Of a DNA stretch of 26,742 nt, positions 24,063 to 26,742 are shown one piece after another. The stretch's first letter is position 1. The number at the start of each line of letters is the position of its first letter. A program made the translations under genes and the position numbers. Source of the DNA: a virus (Duplodnaviria > Caudoviricetes); IMG/VR virus record IMGVR_UViG_3300025277_000123, positions 1 through 26,742 of that record. The stretch is one strand, 5' to 3'. The notes beneath the pieces were generated by a model. That model was not told where the DNA came from. It made no database searches and worked only from the letters and a program-made list of their open reading frames with translations.

Positions 24063-25442
24063 TCAAACCTCGCATCCGAGCTCTCTGTAGAGCTTCATTC
24101 GTTTCTTAGAAAGCGCAAAGAGTGCGCCAGATCTGTCGACACAGTCGATCACCAGTGGAGTCTGCTTGTTCTCGGCCACGCGCATGATGCGCCCGATGCG
24201 TTGCTGCACTCTGCCCATCGCCTTGGTTGGAGAGGTGAGCACAACAGTATCCAGGCTAGGCAGGTCGAGTCCTTCGTCGGCAACCGTAGTGGCAAAGATG
24301 GCCCGCAGTTCTCCGGAGTCGGCGGCCTCAAGTACAGCTGCCCGCTTCTTCTTTGACATCGTGCCGACCAGCGCAGCGGCACTGAAGCCTGCGTCAGCCA
24401 ACTCCTCTGCCAGGTCTACACAGTGCGCTACCCTATCGGAGAGCACCAGCACTTGGCGGCCTGCGTTCAAGAGCTCACAGATTCGACCGATGATCTTCTC
24501 GTTTCGATCTGTGTCGCCGCACATCTTGTTGATCAGTATGGGCCAGTCGACTCTAGTGGCTGGCGGTTCCCATCCGGTGAACAGTTGTTCCACCCTGGGC
24601 GCCATGACGCGTCCTGCATCCACCATGTTCTTAGTGCTGATTTCCTTGAGCACGTCACCGAAGTGCCAGTACAGGAGTTTGGTGAGCCCGTCGTTTCTCT
24701 CTGGCGTTGCAGTCAGCCCCAGTCTGTAGGTCGAGGGGATAGCCATGAGCACACGGGAGAAGGTGTGCGCCGGTACATGGTGAGCTTCATCGAGGATGCA
24801 CAGCCCGAACTCGTTGTCGACAGCCCACTGGTACAGTTCATCCCAACGCCAGCGAATCAGGCTCTGGATGGTAGCCACGACCACGCGCCCGGTGTCGTCG
24901 TTGTCTCCACCACCGATGACCGTCGCGTCGATGTTCAGTTGTTCCTTGCACCTGGTGACCCACTGCATCGCAAGGTCGAGTGTATGGACCAGCACCAGAG
25001 CTCTGGTTGGCAGTGCTGAGATTGCGCCGATGCCGATGGTGGTCTTGCCTGCACCGCATGGTGCCACTACCAGGCCACTGCCTGTGTTCAGGAGCTCCTG
25101 CACGGCCTGGTTTTGGTAGTCCCTAAGGGTGATGTGGTCGGCTATGTCGAGGCGGTCAGCGTCACCGCACACTGTTCGCCTTGTGATGTCCAGGTCCAAG
25201 TCGTCCAGGCTCACGGCTCTCGGCACCATGATGCCGCCGTACCAAGGATGCCAGACAGGGAACAGCTGTGCCCCGTATACCCAGCGCTCCGGCAGAGGCA
25301 GCCTCTTGCCTTGGCTTCGCAGCCTCATGGCCTGTTGCCACTCGGGGCTTTCTAGCTTGTAGGTGTCCTTGATCTCGCCCAGGTATGGAGAGCCAGGCGG
25401 CAGGTACCATCCACCAGCAAGCACGGCGCGGGTGTCGTTCAT
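24063..25442 (-). CDS. SF2 DEAH helicase (UvsW/XPB-like)
   Basis: Q motif 'LRDYQ', motif I 'APCGAGKT', II 'LDEAHH', III 'GLTATPER', V 'EGLDLP' and VI 'QQRIGRIMR'. Confidence 0.95.
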   Translation of the reverse strand: MNDTRAVLAGGWYLPPGSPYLGEIKDTYKLESPEWQQAMRLRSQGKRLPLPERWVYGAQLFPVWHPWYGGIMVPRAVSLDDLDLDITRRTVCGDADRLDIADHITLRDYQNQAVQELLNTGSGLVVAPCGAGKTTIGIGAISALPTRALVLVHTLDLAMQWVTRCKEQLNIDATVIGGGDNDDTGRVVVATIQSLIRWRWDELYQWAVDNEFGLCILDEAHHVPAHTFSRVLMAIPSTYRLGLTATPERNDGLTKLLYWHFGDVLKEISTKNMVDAGRVMAPRVEQLFTGWEPPATRVDWPILINKMCGDTDRNEKIIGRICELLNAGRQVLVLSDRVAHCVDLAEELADAGFSAAALVGTMSKKKRAAVLEAADSGELRAIFATTVADEGLDLPSLDTVVLTSPTKAMGRVQQRIGRIMRVAENKQTPLVIDCVDRSGALFALSKKRMKLYRELGCEV

Positions 25443-25966
25443 CGCTCGTCCCTCATCTTTCCTACAGCGTAGCTCGCGAAGAGCTCAAGCACGCGCTTGG
25501 CGTTGAGCACGATGCCGGCGTCCTCGGCTTCTTCGAAGGCCTTGTTCAGGTTCTCGGTTGCGCCGACGAGCTTGGCGTTTTCCGCCTTGAGTCTGTCGAT
25601 TTCGTTCAGTGCGTTGACCAGTCTCTTCCGCATCCAACGGGTTTCTTTCTCTTGGTCCGGGCTTCGCATGAGTGGCGTGACGCCGTCGGCCAGTCTCCAG
25701 GTCGTGAAGCCATTGGCGCCACGCTTGCCGTTGACATAAACGAGCAGGCCCTTCTTTCGTAGCGCGTCTAGAGATGTTCTGGCTCGGTTGTTGGGCTCTG
25801 ACTGCAAGACTTTGCCGGATCTGCTGGTCTCCTTTTCCTTGGTGCGGAGGCCTAGTAGTTCAACTACGTCGTCGGTTGTGAACAAGGACCCCGGGTAAAG
25901 TCGAGTATAGGCCCAGCAAAGTATGGCTGCCTGGTTCGTTCCTTCTCGGACGCCTTGGAAGATCAT
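25439..25966 (-). CDS. Winged-helix plus coiled-coil protein
   Basis: 'FTTDDVVELLG...RARTSLDALRKKGLL...TWRL' is a wHTH-like pattern, followed by heptads 'LNEIDRLKAENAKL'. Confidence 0.6.
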   Translation of the reverse strand: MIFQGVREGTNQAAILCWAYTRLYPGSLFTTDDVVELLGLRTKEKETSRSGKVLQSEPNNRARTSLDALRKKGLLVYVNGKRGANGFTTWRLADGVTPLMRSPDQEKETRWMRKRLVNALNEIDRLKAENAKLVGATENLNKAFEEAEDAGIVLNAKRVLELFASYAVGKMRDER

Positions 25967-26292
25967 TCCTCACCACCCGGGGTGTCTGATGCGCGACACC
26001 CTTCGAGTATTGAGAGTGACAACTCCTGGATGGCCGCGCCACGCTCACGGTCTGCCTTCGCTTCACTTGGGACGTCATGCCGCGCGAGATGGAGAACCAG
26101 GTCAGCCACCGTGAACAGTGTGCTTGCCAGGTTTCTCAGCGCAATCGCCTCTGAACCGCCGCCGCTGTTGAAGTAGACCTCGTCTTGTCCCTCGCGAAGC
26201 ACGAGCCTCACTTCTGCCATATATATGAGGTGTCCGTGAATGATCTCGGATTCTATGATTCGAACGGTGGGCTTTGCTTGCAGGTCGATCAT
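25963..26292 (-). CDS. Hypothetical protein
   Basis: 109 aa with ATGA overlaps at both ends. Confidence 0.7.
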   Translation of the reverse strand: MIDLQAKPTVRIIESEIIHGHLIYMAEVRLVLREGQDEVYFNSGGGSEAIALRNLASTLFTVADLVLHLARHDVPSEAKADRERGAAIQELSLSILEGCRASDTPGGEE

Positions 26293-26654
26293 GACTGACC
26301 TCCGCTGCTGGCGTTCCAGTAGTCTCTGACGTCGTCGTCATCGACACCGTGCTGGCTCTCCATGGCGCTGTCGACCAGCCCGACGATGTCCTGGGCTGCC
26401 GCCTGGTGGTCGTCGCCGTACAACTCGTCTGCGATGAGGTTCACAGCCAGCTGAACAGGCAGTTCCACAGTGACCGTGGCCTTGTCCTTCACCAGGTTCT
26501 CAAGGTGTCCTCTGGAGTCGTCGGGGGGTGATTGAATTGCTCGGTCTTTCATGGTGGTCTCGTTGTTGTGTTGTAGTGAAAGGTGGTGCTCGATGATCTT
26601 CTGCATGTCGTTGTAGACAGCAACCGGGATGACGATGTCTGTGGGTCGGGTCAC
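26289..26654 (-). CDS. Hypothetical protein
   Basis: 121 aa with GTG start and GGGGGTGAGG RBS, coupled to its neighbours. Confidence 0.7.
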   Translation of the reverse strand: MTRPTDIVIPVAVYNDMQKIIEHHLSLQHNNETTMKDRAIQSPPDDSRGHLENLVKDKATVTVELPVQLAVNLIADELYGDDHQAAAQDIVGLVDSAMESQHGVDDDDVRDYWNASSGGQS

Positions 26655-26742
26655 GCCTCACCCCCTTCGACCATCTCGCTGTTCGAGAAGGCAGCCGGTG
26701 AGCTCATGCGGCGGCGCACGCGCTCTCGGTGTTGAGCTACCT
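26651..26742 (-). CDS. 3' end of a truncated hypothetical gene (...VAQHRERVRRRMSSPAAFSNSEMVEGGEA*)
   Basis: Open frame to the window edge, with its TGA overlapping the GTG of 26654. Confidence 0.5.
   Translation of the reverse strand, partial: VAQHRERVRRRMSSPAAFSNSEMVEGGEA

Larger units (their letters stand above)
1..26742. mobile_element. Tailed phage/prophage genome fragment (late virion-lysis arm on +, early replication/recombination/modification arm on -)
   Basis: Dense, translationally coupled genes. Tail fibre, endolysin, RecT/YqaJ, VapE, primase, SF2 helicase and orphan MTase are present, with no host housekeeping genes. No integrase or att site is visible, so lifestyle is undetermined. 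Confidence 0.93.

Noticed and set aside
1-26742. Stop-codon reassignment, tRNA/ncRNA genes, integrase/att sites
   Set aside because: Genes tile densely under the standard code with TAG, TGA and TAA all used as stops. Intergenic gaps are short and no cloverleaf or integrase motif was seen by eye. tRNAscan/Infernal were not run.

Overview
This window is a fragment of a tailed bacteriophage (or prophage) genome with two convergent arms. The + strand arm (1-12556) is a late/virion and lysis region. It holds a 5'-truncated very large polyvalent/ejection-type protein, a tail fibre with small accessory proteins, four paralogous small beta-rich proteins, a tandem pair of DUF2589-like proteins and a peptidoglycan-binding endolysin with a YkuD/L,D-transpeptidase-like Cys-His motif. 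The - strand arm (12576-26742) is an early/replication region. It holds RecT, a YqaJ exonuclease, a VapE-like P-loop ATPase, a Zn-finger/TOPRIM primase, an SF2 helicase and HTH regulators, with two small + strand genes embedded (a Cro-like HTH and a histone-H1-like protein). The best candidate for a new system is a tightly coupled cassette at 20367-23661: a 22-aa membrane micropeptide, a Mom-like GNAT protein, an N4/N6 DNA methyltransferase, a DndC/PAPS-reductase-like PP-loop Fe-S protein and a radical SAM enzyme. All four enzymes carry an 'xxxLF' motif near the C-terminus resembling a sliding-clamp-binding motif, which suggests a replication-coupled DNA hypermodification pathway. The second candidate is the DUF2589 pair in the virion/lysis module. 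All family assignments come from motif recognition by eye; no database search was run.
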